Assembly: GCA_965220995.1 (NCBI GenBank)
Contig: CBDCRL010000001.1
Span: 66,623-130,622, forward strand
DNA from: Acidimicrobiia bacterium
Lineage (GTDB): Bacteria > Actinomycetota > Acidimicrobiia > Spongiisociales > ZC4RG35
Direction: 5' to 3'
Length of the DNA stretch: 64,000 nt
This document shows, piece by piece, positions 17,636 through 26,976 of the stretch. The first letter of the stretch is position 1. Each line of letters starts with the position of its first letter. The notes beneath the pieces were generated by a model. It saw nothing but the letters and a program-made list of their open reading frames with translations. It was not told the origin of the DNA and did no database searches. The position numbers were made by a program, and so were the translations under genes.

Positions 17636-20059
17636 TTACTCCACCACCACGTTGACGATGCGGGGCGCCCGGACTATCACCCGGGTGATCCTTCCACCTT
17701 CCAGCCATCGTTGGATCCTCTTTGATCGCAGAGCCACCTGCTCGGCGGTGGCCTCGTCGATGTCGACCGGCACTTCCTCGCGGTCCCTGACCTTGCCGTT
17801 GACCTGCAGAACCATCACCACCGTCTCCTCGCGGGCAATCTCCGGGTCCCATTTCGGCCAGGACTGGGTGGCCAGGATCCCCCCGTATCCCAGCCGCTCC
17901 CAAAGCTCGTGGGAAACGTGAGGCGCCAGGGGACCCAACATCAATAACAGCAGGCGATAAACCTCCCGGAAGGTCTCGGTGCGTCCCCCGCCCCGCAAAT
18001 AGGCGATCAACTCGTTGATCATCGCCATCAGAGTGGAGACCACCGTGTTGAAGTGAAACCGGTCGATGTCGGAGGTGACCTTGCCGAGGGCGCGGTGCGC
18101 CACTCCCAGGATGGCTTTGTCCCGCCGATCCTCCTCCCGGTCGGTCACCGAGCCGACCTCCCCCATGCCCAGTCTCCACACCCGATCCAGGAACCGGGCG
18201 GTTCCCTCCACTCCCCCGTCAATCCAAACCGCGTCGTCGGTGGGAGGACCGATGAACAATTCATAGAGACGGATGGCGTCGGCCCCGTACCGCTCGTAGT
18301 AGGGCTCGGGAGTCACCACATTCCCCCGCGACTTCGACATCTTGGCCCCGTCCTTGATCAGCATTCCCTGGGTGAACAGGCGGGTGAACGGCTCTTCGGC
18401 CGGGCTGTACCCCATGTCAAACAGCACTTTGGTGATAAACCGGGCGTACAGCAGGTGCAACACCGCGTGCTCCACTCCCCCGATGTACTGATCCACCGCC
18501 ATCCAGTAGCCGACCTTGTCCTCGTCGAAGATCCGCCCGGAATTGTGGGCGTCGCAGTAGCGGAGAAAGTACCAGGAAGAGTCCACGAAGGTGTCCATGG
18601 TGTCGGTCTCCCGCCTTCCCGCCGTCCCGCACCGGGGACACTCCACCTCCACCCAGTCGGCGACCAGGGCCAGGGGCGACTGCCCCCTGGGCCGATACTC
18701 CTCAACGTCGGGATGGATCACCGGCAGATCCTCTTCGGGCACCGGTACCAGGCCGCAAGCGTCGCAGTTGATCATGGGAATGGGGCACCCCCAGTAGCGC
18801 TGCCGGGAGACCAGCCAGTCGCGCAGCCGGTATTTGGTGGTCCGCCTTCCGATCCCCCTGTCCTCCAACCAGGCGATGATTCGCTCCTTGGCGGCGGAGG
18901 TCTCCAACCCGTTCAGGAACTCCGAGTTGATGGCCGCCCCGTCGCCGGTGTAGGCCTCCCCCTCGAACCCCAGCGGGGGCTGCACGGTTCGGATGATCTC
19001 CAGTCCGCGTTGGGAGGCAAAGTCCCAGTCTCGCTGGTCTTCTCCGGGCACCCCCATGATCGCCCCGGTCCCGTAGCCCATCAACACGTAGTCGGCGATG
19101 AAGAGCGGCACCTGTTTGCCGTTCACCGGGTTGATGCAGTACCGCCCGATGAATGTCCCCGACTTCTCGCCGGTCGCCATTCTCTCCAATTCGCTGGCGG
19201 CCGACACCCTCTCCACATAGGAGCGGATGCTCTCTTCGTATTCGGTGCCGGACACCAGTTGTTCCACCAGGGGATGTTCGGGCGCCAGCACCGCGAAGGT
19301 CATACCGAAAACGGTGTCCGGCCGGGTGGTGTAAACCTCGAACTCCCCGTCGGCGTCGGCTACTTGGATGGTGAAATCACATCCCTGCGAACGCCCTATC
19401 CAGTTTTCCTGCATGGTCTTGACGCGTTCGGGCCAATCAAGACCCTCCAGGTCGTTGAGAAGGCGGTCGGCGTACTCGGTGATGCGAAAATGCCATTGGG
19501 AGAGGTCGCGGCGCGTAACCGGCCAGTGGCACCGCTCACAGGCGCCGTTCACCACCTGTTCGTTGGCCAGCACGGTCTGATCTTTCTCACACCAGTTAAC
19601 CGCCGAGCGCGACTTGTAGGCCAGCCCCCGCTCATACAGTTTCAGGAACAGCCACTGGTCCCACCGGTAGTACTCCGGCGTGTGACAGGCCAACTCCCGG
19701 CTCCAGTCGTACACCGCCCCCAGCCGCCGAAGCTGGGATTTCATGCGAATGATCTGCCGTTCGGTGAACTCCCGGGGATGGACACCGGTGGCGATGGCGG
19801 CGTTCTCGGCGGGAAGACCGAACGAATCCCAGCCCATGGGAGACAACACGTTGTAACCCTGCATCCTCCGGTAGCGAGTGAGCAGATCCACGTAGGTGTA
19901 GTTGCGGAGATGCCCCATATGAAGATCACCCGAGGGATAGGGGTACATCTGCAGGTTGTAATACTTGGGACGCTCGGGGTCTTCGGTGGTGTAGAAGGTC
20001 TTCTCCTGCTCCCACCGGTCCTGCCACTTGGTTTCGACCGCCGCTACGTCGTATTCCAT
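17636..20059 (-). CDS. leuS: Leucine--tRNA ligase
   Basis: YPYPSGDLHMGH (HIGH), GWDSFGLPAENAA, RDWLVSRQRYWG, YIGGVEHA and KMSKS; start at MEYDVAAVETKWQ. Confidence 0.98.
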   Translation of the reverse strand: MEYDVAAVETKWQDRWEQEKTFYTTEDPERPKYYNLQMYPYPSGDLHMGHLRNYTYVDLLTRYRRMQGYNVLSPMGWDSFGLPAENAAIATGVHPREFTERQIIRMKSQLRRLGAVYDWSRELACHTPEYYRWDQWLFLKLYERGLAYKSRSAVNWCEKDQTVLANEQVVNGACERCHWPVTRRDLSQWHFRITEYADRLLNDLEGLDWPERVKTMQENWIGRSQGCDFTIQVADADGEFEVYTTRPDTVFGMTFAVLAPEHPLVEQLVSGTEYEESIRSYVERVSAASELERMATGEKSGTFIGRYCINPVNGKQVPLFIADYVLMGYGTGAIMGVPGEDQRDWDFASQRGLEIIRTVQPPLGFEGEAYTGDGAAINSEFLNGLETSAAKERIIAWLEDRGIGRRTTKYRLRDWLVSRQRYWGCPIPMINCDACGLVPVPEEDLPVIHPDVEEYRPRGQSPLALVADWVEVECPRCGTAGRRETDTMDTFVDSSWYFLRYCDAHNSGRIFDEDKVGYWMAVDQYIGGVEHAVLHLLYARFITKVLFDMGYSPAEEPFTRLFTQGMLIKDGAKMSKSRGNVVTPEPYYERYGADAIRLYELFIGPPTDDAVWIDGGVEGTARFLDRVWRLGMGEVGSVTDREEDRRDKAILGVAHRALGKVTSDIDRFHFNTVVSTLMAMINELIAYLRGGGRTETFREVYRLLLLMLGPLAPHVSHELWERLGYGGILATQSWPKWDPEIAREETVVMVLQVNGKVRDREEVPVDIDEATAEQVALRSKRIQRWLEGGRITRVIVRAPRIVNVVVE

Positions 20060-20174
20060 GCCAGAGAGATTACCGGCCGCCGGCGTCCGGCCCGCTTCGC
20101 CCGGGACCGGCGTGCGGGGTTGGGTAGGTAGTCTTCCGCTCGGAAGTCCTACTCGACGACAAAACCGGATTTCG

Positions 20175-21767
20175 ATGACGCAGCGACTCAAATACTGGGG
20201 TTGGGGATACGAGGGAGAAGGATTGTCTCCACCCGATCAGGAAACGTTGCTCAGAAGGCTGGCCGAAGAATTCGACATAGAGGGCGCGGCCGGCGCCGGG
20301 GTCCCGCCCATCGGGGAGATAGACCTGCCCAAGCCTCGACTGGCTCCCCCGGCGGGTCTGGCGGGTTGGTGCACGCAGGAACCCTATGAGCGCATCCTGC
20401 ACAGTTTCGGGCAATCCCAGCCCGATTCGATCCGGATCTTTGCCGGCGACTTCGGCCATGCTCCCGACCTGGTGGCCTATCCCAAGGATTCAACCGAGGT
20501 GATGGGCCTGCTGGAGTGGGCCGGCGAGCAGGGAGCGGCCCTGATTCCCTACGGGGGCGGCACCTCGGTGGTGGGCGGGGTGACCCCCGACCTGGACGAC
20601 CGGTTCACCGGGGTGGTCACCATGGACCTTTCCCGGATGAACCGAGTGCTGGAAGTCGACCCGGTGTCACGGGCGGCGCTGATCCAGGGAGGGGCGCGGG
20701 GCCCCGAACTGGAAACCGCCCTCAAACCCCATGGGATGACCCTGCGCCACTTCCCGCAGTCGTTTCTCCTTTCTACTCTGGGAGGCTGGATCGCCACCCG
20801 CTCGGGTGGGCACTTCGCCACCCTCTACACCCACATCGACGACTTGGTGGAGAGCGTGACCATGGTCACCCCGGCGGGGCGAATACAATCTCGTCGCCTG
20901 CCGGGATCGGGCGCCGGTCCCAGCCCCGACCGGCTGATGATTGGCTCGGAGGGGGCGCTTGGGATCATTACCGAAGCCTGGGTGCGACTGCAGGGCCGGG
21001 TCAGATTCAAAGCCACCGCCGGGTTCCGTTTCCCGGATTTCCTGCGGGCCGCCGGGGCGGTCCGAGCCATCTCCCAGGCCGGACTGTTCCCGGCCAACGT
21101 GCGGATCGTCGATGGGGTGGAACTGGCGGTGAACGGCGCCGCCGACGGTTCGTTCACCCTGTTGGTGGTTTCCTTCGAATCCTCCGACCACCCGGTGGAA
21201 CCGTGGATGGAACGGGCCGGGGAGTGTGCCCGGGATCACGGAGGCTCACCGGACGTCGACTGGAGAGCCAACCCGAACAGCCACCTGCAGGGAGCGGTGG
21301 GAGCCTGGCGGGAGGCTTTCATCAAGATGCCCTACAACCGGGAGATCCTTACGCCGCGGCACATAATCTCCGACACCTTCGAGTCGGCCATCACCTGGGA
21401 TCGCTTCGACTCCTTCTATCACTCGGTGCGAGAAGCCACCGTCTCGGCCATTGGCGAAGCCACCGGGCAGAAGGGCGCGGTGTCCTGCCGGTTCAGCCAC
21501 GCCTATCCCGACGGCCCCGCCCCCTATTTTGCCTTCCACTGCGCCGGTGATCCGGGCGCCGCTCTGCGTCAATGGCGGGAAATCAAAGCCGCGGTCTCCG
21601 ACGCGGTAATAGACAACGGCGGGACCATCACCCACCATCACGCCATCGGTCGGGATCATCAGCCGTGGTACGAAAAACAGCGTCCCGAACTGTTCGGGGA
21701 CGTTCTGGCCCTGGCCAAGTCACACCTGGATCCCCAGGGGATACTCAATCCGGGGGTGCTGGTATGA
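20175..21767 (+). CDS. FAD-binding oxidoreductase (alkyl-DHAP synthase/GlcD-like)
   Basis: PYGGGTSVVGG, RHFPQSF..STLGGWIATRSGG and ITHHHAIG..H; start set at MTQRLKYWGWG. Confidence 0.88.
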   Translation: MTQRLKYWGWGYEGEGLSPPDQETLLRRLAEEFDIEGAAGAGVPPIGEIDLPKPRLAPPAGLAGWCTQEPYERILHSFGQSQPDSIRIFAGDFGHAPDLVAYPKDSTEVMGLLEWAGEQGAALIPYGGGTSVVGGVTPDLDDRFTGVVTMDLSRMNRVLEVDPVSRAALIQGGARGPELETALKPHGMTLRHFPQSFLLSTLGGWIATRSGGHFATLYTHIDDLVESVTMVTPAGRIQSRRLPGSGAGPSPDRLMIGSEGALGIITEAWVRLQGRVRFKATAGFRFPDFLRAAGAVRAISQAGLFPANVRIVDGVELAVNGAADGSFTLLVVSFESSDHPVEPWMERAGECARDHGGSPDVDWRANPNSHLQGAVGAWREAFIKMPYNREILTPRHIISDTFESAITWDRFDSFYHSVREATVSAIGEATGQKGAVSCRFSHAYPDGPAPYFAFHCAGDPGAALRQWREIKAAVSDAVIDNGGTITHHHAIGRDHQPWYEKQRPELFGDVLALAKSHLDPQGILNPGVLV

Positions 21768-21816
21768 ACAGACCGTCAGACAGCAGAAGGGGCCTGGCCG
21801 GGCTGGGGCCGAACAC

Positions 21817-23139
21817 ATGAGCCTGCGCTCCCTCCTTCATTCCCGACAGGTGGCCGGGGACCCCATCCGGGTGGGCATTGTCGGCGCCGGGCAGATGGGA
21901 GAGGGACTGGCCATCACCATGGAGCAAATGGAGGGGATGAAAGCGTTCGTGATCGTGGATAGGGGAAGCGGCCGGGGCGCGCAGATTTACCGCACCATGG
22001 GGGTGGAAGAAGGGCGGATCGTGCAGACCGACGATCTGGCCGAGGCTTCCGAAGCCATTGCCGACGGCCGACGGGTGTACACCACCAACCCCGATTTGGC
22101 CGCCGCGTCACCGCTTGACATCACGGTGGAGGCCACCGGGATTCCCGAGATGGGGGCCAAGGTGGCCTTGGGGGCGATCTCGGCGGGCAAGCACGTGATG
22201 CAGATGAATGTGGAGGCCGACGCCACGGTGGGTGCGCTGCTCCGCCGCCGCGCCCGGCAGGCGGGGGTGATCTACTCCCTGTCGGGCGGGGACGAACCGG
22301 GCGCCATTTCCGAGTTGTACGATTTCGCCACTTTCCTGGGATACGAGGTGGTCAGTGTCGGCAAAGGCAAGAACAACCCCCTGATCCCATCGGCCGATCC
22401 CCACACGATGGCGGACACCGCCCGTCGGCAGATGATGAATCCCAAAATGCTGGCTTCCTTTGTGGACGGCAGCAAAACCATGATGGAAATGACCACCATC
22501 GCCAACGCCCTGGGATACCTCCCCGACCGCCGCGGGATGCACGGGCCGCAGGTGACTCCCGACACTTTGGCCTCCACCTATATTCCCGAGAGTGACGGGG
22601 GGATTCTGTCCGGTCCCCGGCGGGTGGACTACGGGCGGGGCGTGGCCCCCGGGGTGTTCGTGGTGTTCACCACCGATCAACCCAAATTGGCCCGGGACCT
22701 GGTGTATCTGAAGGTGGGCAAGGGACCCTACTGGGCGCTCTATCGGCCGTACCATCTCACCAGCCTGGAAACCCCCGTCTCCATCGCCAAGGCAGTACTC
22801 CGGGGGGAAACCACCCTGGCCACCGACCTGCCCCCGTCGGCGGAAACGGTGACCATCGCCAAGAAGGCCCTGCGGCCCGGTGAGGTCGTTGACGGGATAG
22901 GTGGGTTCTGTGTCCACGGAGTGATAGAAAGAGCCGACCTTGCCCACCGCCAGGGACTGCTTCCCCTGGGCCTGGCGCCGGGCGCCCGGATGGTCAGCAC
23001 TCTGGAAGCGGGTGCTCCTCTCACCTACGGCGACGTCGAACTGGTGGAGTCTTCTACCATCACTTCTCTGAGGCGAGAACAGGACGCCTTGTTCGGCGAC
23101 GGTCCCCACGGGAGCGGGTCCGAAGACCGGCGTCGGTAG
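21817..23139 (+). CDS. NAD(P)-dependent oxidoreductase with a C-terminal SAF domain (homoserine dehydrogenase-like)
   Basis: VGIVGAGQMG, GDEPG, FVDGSK and LYRPYHL; SAF tail AKKALRPGEVVDGIGG. Confidence 0.85.
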   Translation: MSLRSLLHSRQVAGDPIRVGIVGAGQMGEGLAITMEQMEGMKAFVIVDRGSGRGAQIYRTMGVEEGRIVQTDDLAEASEAIADGRRVYTTNPDLAAASPLDITVEATGIPEMGAKVALGAISAGKHVMQMNVEADATVGALLRRRARQAGVIYSLSGGDEPGAISELYDFATFLGYEVVSVGKGKNNPLIPSADPHTMADTARRQMMNPKMLASFVDGSKTMMEMTTIANALGYLPDRRGMHGPQVTPDTLASTYIPESDGGILSGPRRVDYGRGVAPGVFVVFTTDQPKLARDLVYLKVGKGPYWALYRPYHLTSLETPVSIAKAVLRGETTLATDLPPSAETVTIAKKALRPGEVVDGIGGFCVHGVIERADLAHRQGLLPLGLAPGARMVSTLEAGAPLTYGDVELVESSTITSLRREQDALFGDGPHGSGSEDRRR

Positions 23140-23170
23140 GGAAAAACAACCGAGAGATCAGGAGAAACCG

Positions 23171-24028
23171 ATGGAAATAACCAGAGTGGGAGTGATCGGA
23201 GGGGGCCTGATGGGCTCGGGCATCGCCGAGGTTTGCGCCCGGGCGGGGACAGAGGTAGCCATGGTGGAAGCCGATGCGGCGCGGGCCGAAGCCGCCTACG
23301 GGCGAATTATGGGTTCTACCGGAAGGGCCGTTGCACGGGGGAAAATGACGGCTGAAGAGCAGGAGACCACCCTCGCCCGGGTGACCGTCAGCGACGATCT
23401 GGCCAGTCTTTCCCAAAGCCAACTGGTGATCGAGGCGGTTTCGGAACTGGTGGACCTGAAAGTTGACATATTCAAACGCCTTGACGAGTTGGTGGAGGAC
23501 CGAGAGGCGATCCTGGCTTCCAACACCTCCTCCATTCCCATCGTGCGCCTAGGCGCTGCTACTTCCCGCCCCGACCGGGTGGTGGGCATCCACTTCTTCA
23601 ATCCCGCCCCGGTCATGAAGCTGGTGGAGGTCATTCCGGCCATCACCACGTCGGAGGAGACCCTCAAGACGGTCAAGGAATTCGTCGCCGACCAACTGAA
23701 CAAGGAAGTGGTCCTGTGCCGCGATCAGGCCGGGTTCGTGGTAAACGGCCTGGTAACCCCGTTCCTGATGTCGGCGGTGAGAATGCTCGAATCGGGAGTG
23801 GCCACCCGAGAGGACATCGACAATGCCGTGAAGCTGGGATTAAACCACCCCATGGGTCCCTTCGAACTGGCCGATTTCATCGGTCTTGACACCATCTACG
23901 AGATCGGCAAAGTCCTATACGAGGAGTTCCGAGACCCCGCCGCCGCCCCCCCACCCCTCCTGGCCCGCCTGGTCGAAGCAGGCTGGACCGGCCGCAAGAG
24001 CGGACGAGGCTTCTACACGTACCTGTAG
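23171..24028 (+). CDS. 3-hydroxybutyryl-CoA dehydrogenase
   Basis: GVIGGGLMGSGIA, IEAVSE, ASNTSS, GIHFFNP and HPMGPFELADFIGLD. Confidence 0.93.
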   Translation: MEITRVGVIGGGLMGSGIAEVCARAGTEVAMVEADAARAEAAYGRIMGSTGRAVARGKMTAEEQETTLARVTVSDDLASLSQSQLVIEAVSELVDLKVDIFKRLDELVEDREAILASNTSSIPIVRLGAATSRPDRVVGIHFFNPAPVMKLVEVIPAITTSEETLKTVKEFVADQLNKEVVLCRDQAGFVVNGLVTPFLMSAVRMLESGVATREDIDNAVKLGLNHPMGPFELADFIGLDTIYEIGKVLYEEFRDPAAAPPPLLARLVEAGWTGRKSGRGFYTYL

Positions 24029-24094
24029 CAGCCCTAACTTCATCAAACGTCTGATCAGTTCGGTTCGGGTAACAGGGGTGAGCCGACGGCTCAT
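24029..24094 (-). pseudogene. Truncated HicA-family toxin (first ~22 codons only)
   Basis: MSRRLTPVTRTELIRRLMKLGL resembles HicA N-termini. Its ATG overlaps the hicB TGA (ATGA), and the resemblance ends at the stop codon of the convergent dehydrogenase. Confidence 0.65.
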
Positions 24095-24330
24095 CTATTC
24101 GAGCAAAGGTCCATGCCCCCAATAGCAGGGATGTCGTCTCGCCCAAGGTCAAGCATGAGTTTCGCCCATTCAACCAGGACCTTCTCCAAGTCCTCCCGCG
24201 CCTCGTCTTGAGTTGCGCCCAAGCCCCATGCTCCCCTTGCCCCCTCAACGTAGGCGTGATACCCAGGTAGGTCATCGGTTCGTTCAAAGTAAGCCTGAGA
24301 AGCAGCCTTCTCAGCCCAGATACCAATCAG
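24091..24330 (-). CDS. HicB-family antitoxin (start uncertain)
   Basis: YHAYVEGARGAWGLGATQDEAREDLEKVLVEW..L...IPAIGGMDL; AAGGAG RBS shortly before a CTG at 24330. Confidence 0.75.
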   Translation of the reverse strand: MIGIWAEKAASQAYFERTDDLPGYHAYVEGARGAWGLGATQDEAREDLEKVLVEWAKLMLDLGRDDIPAIGGMDLCSNR

Positions 24331-24696
24331 GGAAGTTCTCTCCTTGGTCTGAGTATTGACCTCAATCTGGCCCGCAGCCTTGGTCTGAACCAGGCTGCCC
24401 AACGAAAAACCGAGTTCCGGCAGCCTCCTGCTCTCCCCGTTGGGCAGTTCAACTTGTCGCCGTCGCCTCATGGCTGTGCTTTCCTATCCCGCATAGACCC
24501 GCCTCCTTTACGAGTCCAGGCAAGAACCTCACCGGTGATGGGTACCGTGTTGTCTGCCATATCACTATCCCTCCACGATGATGCGATCAGGACGTCCTAT
24601 CGCGAGGATGGGGCAACGCCCCTATTGGTTGGGACTCATTTTATGGTGAAGACCAACGGGATTCCCCAGGATTGATCCCCGTAACGGGCAGTTGGA

Positions 24697-25869
24697 TCAG
24701 GAAAACCCGATGTTCTCCCCGGGGGCAAGGACCCGGAATACCTCTTCGGCCACCCACCGCTTGGAGCGACCGGGTACACCCGCCACCTCTCGAATCAGTC
24801 CGGCTTGCTCAAGCCGCCGCAGATGGTTCAAGGCGCTCTGATTTGTGATGCCCAGATGTGCCGCCACCTGGCCGGCCACCAGCACCGGGTTGTGAAGCAG
24901 TATGTCCACCACTTCTATGGCGCGTGATCGGCCTCCGGTCAACCTGGCTCGGTATTTCTCCCTCAGGTCAGCCAAGACCTCGGCCTGACGGACCGCTTCG
25001 GTGGCTTGTTCCAGGACTCCTTCCAAGAAAAAGTTGATCCACTCTGCAAAGGACCCCTTTTCTCGCGACATTTGAAGATGGTGGTAATACGCACTCCTTC
25101 TTCGCTCAAAGTAGGGGCTGAGCTGGAGCAGCGGGTTGACCAGCAGTTTTCGATCAGACAAGAGAAACGTGATGAGCAGTCGTCCGACTCGTCCGTTCCC
25201 GTCAAGGAAGGGGTGAATCGTCTCAAACTGATTGTGGACCAGGGCAATCTGGATCAGTGGTGGGATAGGCGCCTGCGAATGTACGAACCTTTCCAAGTCG
25301 CTCATAGCCGCCACCATCTCAGTGGGGGGTGGAGGGACAAAGGTGGCCCGTTCCAGAGTGCAACCGGGGGGGCCGATCCAGTTCTGAGTTGTTCTGAGTT
25401 CGCCCGGGCGTTGCGCCTGCCCTCGGACATCAGATAAGAGAATGGCGTGAATCTCGCACAGGAAACGCGTCGAGATCGGTAGCGTCTGCAAGCGATCAAG
25501 GCCATACTCCAGGGCACGGACATAGTTGATCACCTCCCGTAAAGGTTCCGGCTCGTCCCGACGCGCATAGGCATCGAAGACATCCGATAAGGAGGCCTGT
25601 GTCCCTTCGATTCTGTTGCTGGCGGTGGCTTCTCGGGAGATGTACGGGTTTGGCAGCAGATAAGGATTGGAAAGCAGTCGTCCCGATCCGGCCAGTCGCC
25701 CCAGAGCCCGATCCGCCTCGGACAGCAGAAGCAGAGTGGCGGCGGGCAGATCAATGGACTCGGGTAGCGGCGCCGGGTGGTAGGCCCAGTAGCCGTGGGG
25801 TCCTGGCCTCTTGGCGACCCGCCCGAGGGAGGAAGCTGCAAAGTTCTTTGGGTTCACACCCATAAGCAT
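24697..25869 (-). CDS. Fic family protein with an N-terminal inhibitory motif and C-terminal wHTH
   Basis: HPFLDGNGRVGR; SNRIEG matches (S/T)xxxE(G/N); FVPPP. Confidence 0.93.
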   Translation of the reverse strand: MLMGVNPKNFAASSLGRVAKRPGPHGYWAYHPAPLPESIDLPAATLLLLSEADRALGRLAGSGRLLSNPYLLPNPYISREATASNRIEGTQASLSDVFDAYARRDEPEPLREVINYVRALEYGLDRLQTLPISTRFLCEIHAILLSDVRGQAQRPGELRTTQNWIGPPGCTLERATFVPPPPTEMVAAMSDLERFVHSQAPIPPLIQIALVHNQFETIHPFLDGNGRVGRLLITFLLSDRKLLVNPLLQLSPYFERRRSAYYHHLQMSREKGSFAEWINFFLEGVLEQATEAVRQAEVLADLREKYRARLTGGRSRAIEVVDILLHNPVLVAGQVAAHLGITNQSALNHLRRLEQAGLIREVAGVPGRSKRWVAEEVFRVLAPGENIGFS

Positions 25870-26028
25870 AAAAGAAAGGGCTAGTTCTTTGTGGCTCAGT
25901 AAAGGCTGGCGCTTCTGGTCCGATGGTGAACGCGGGACAATAGCTCCGAAAGGTGTGGATCAGATTTCCGCCGCTGTCCACAAAACAGGAGTCTGGTGGC
26001 CGACCGAGACCGGTAGGGTAACGCCCTC

Positions 26029-26970
26029 ATGGATAAACAATGGCAACCCATCAAGCCTCTTGATCCGGCGGTGGCGGAGACTCTCAGAGGAGATTTGACG
26101 GCATTGGATCGTCTTCATGCAACTTGGCGAGACTTCGCCGACTCAGTGGATGAAAGCCACCGGACTTCCTTGAGACGCCGGACGCTCCGAAGACACGCCA
26201 TCGAGACCGGCATCATCGAACGCCTGTATCAGATCGACGGTGAGACAACCGAGACCCTGGTAGTAGAAGGTTTCAACCCGGAAGTTGTGGCACGAGTTGA
26301 CAGTGCTCTGTCCGACGGCGTATTGGAGATGATCGAGTCCCAACTGGCGGGACTGGACATGGTCACCGAATACATTCGGCAGGGCCATCCGCTCACCACC
26401 TCCTTCATCAAGGAGCTGCATGCCCTGATCACCCGCACCCAAAGGTTTTACGAGGCCACCGACGCATTGGGAAGGCCGGTAGAGACCCCTTTGATTCACG
26501 GGAAGTTCAAGACCCTCGCCAACAATGTGCGCCTGGCGGACGGATCGCTTCTGGAGTTTGCTCCACCCGAACAGGTCGACGGCGAAATTGAAAGGTTGGT
26601 GGCGGGGTTCAAAGACATGAGCAAAGCACACCCTGTGGTGTCTTCGGCCTGGCTGCACCACCGCTTTGTCCAGATCCATCCCTTCCAGGACGGCAACGGA
26701 CGGGTGGCGAGAGCGTTGACATTTCTCTCCCTGGTAAGCAATCATTACCCGCCGCTGGTGGTGGACCGCACACGGCGGGACGCCTATCTGGATGCGTTGG
26801 ACAGGGCCAACGAAGGAAACCTGGCGCCGTTGGCAAAGCTGTTCACCAGATTGACGATACGTTCGATCCGCTGGGAAATGGAGAAACCCGGACCACCGGC
26901 CGGTAATGTCGCGGCACGCCCCGGTGAACTGCACGACACGTCAATCCAGGTATCCCCTTTTGGTTGGTAG
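26029..26970 (+). CDS. Fic family protein, possibly C-terminally truncated
   Basis: HHRFVQIHPFQDGNGRVAR and AIETGIIE; ends in a poorly conserved tail abutting the next gene. Confidence 0.88.
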   Translation: MDKQWQPIKPLDPAVAETLRGDLTALDRLHATWRDFADSVDESHRTSLRRRTLRRHAIETGIIERLYQIDGETTETLVVEGFNPEVVARVDSALSDGVLEMIESQLAGLDMVTEYIRQGHPLTTSFIKELHALITRTQRFYEATDALGRPVETPLIHGKFKTLANNVRLADGSLLEFAPPEQVDGEIERLVAGFKDMSKAHPVVSSAWLHHRFVQIHPFQDGNGRVARALTFLSLVSNHYPPLVVDRTRRDAYLDALDRANEGNLAPLAKLFTRLTIRSIRWEMEKPGPPAGNVAARPGELHDTSIQVSPFGW

Positions 26971-26976
26971 ATTTGG

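Noticed and set aside
20060-20191. N-terminal extension of LeuS or a T-box leader
   Set aside because: Overlaps the divergent gene start; no T-box consensus recognised in this short gap.
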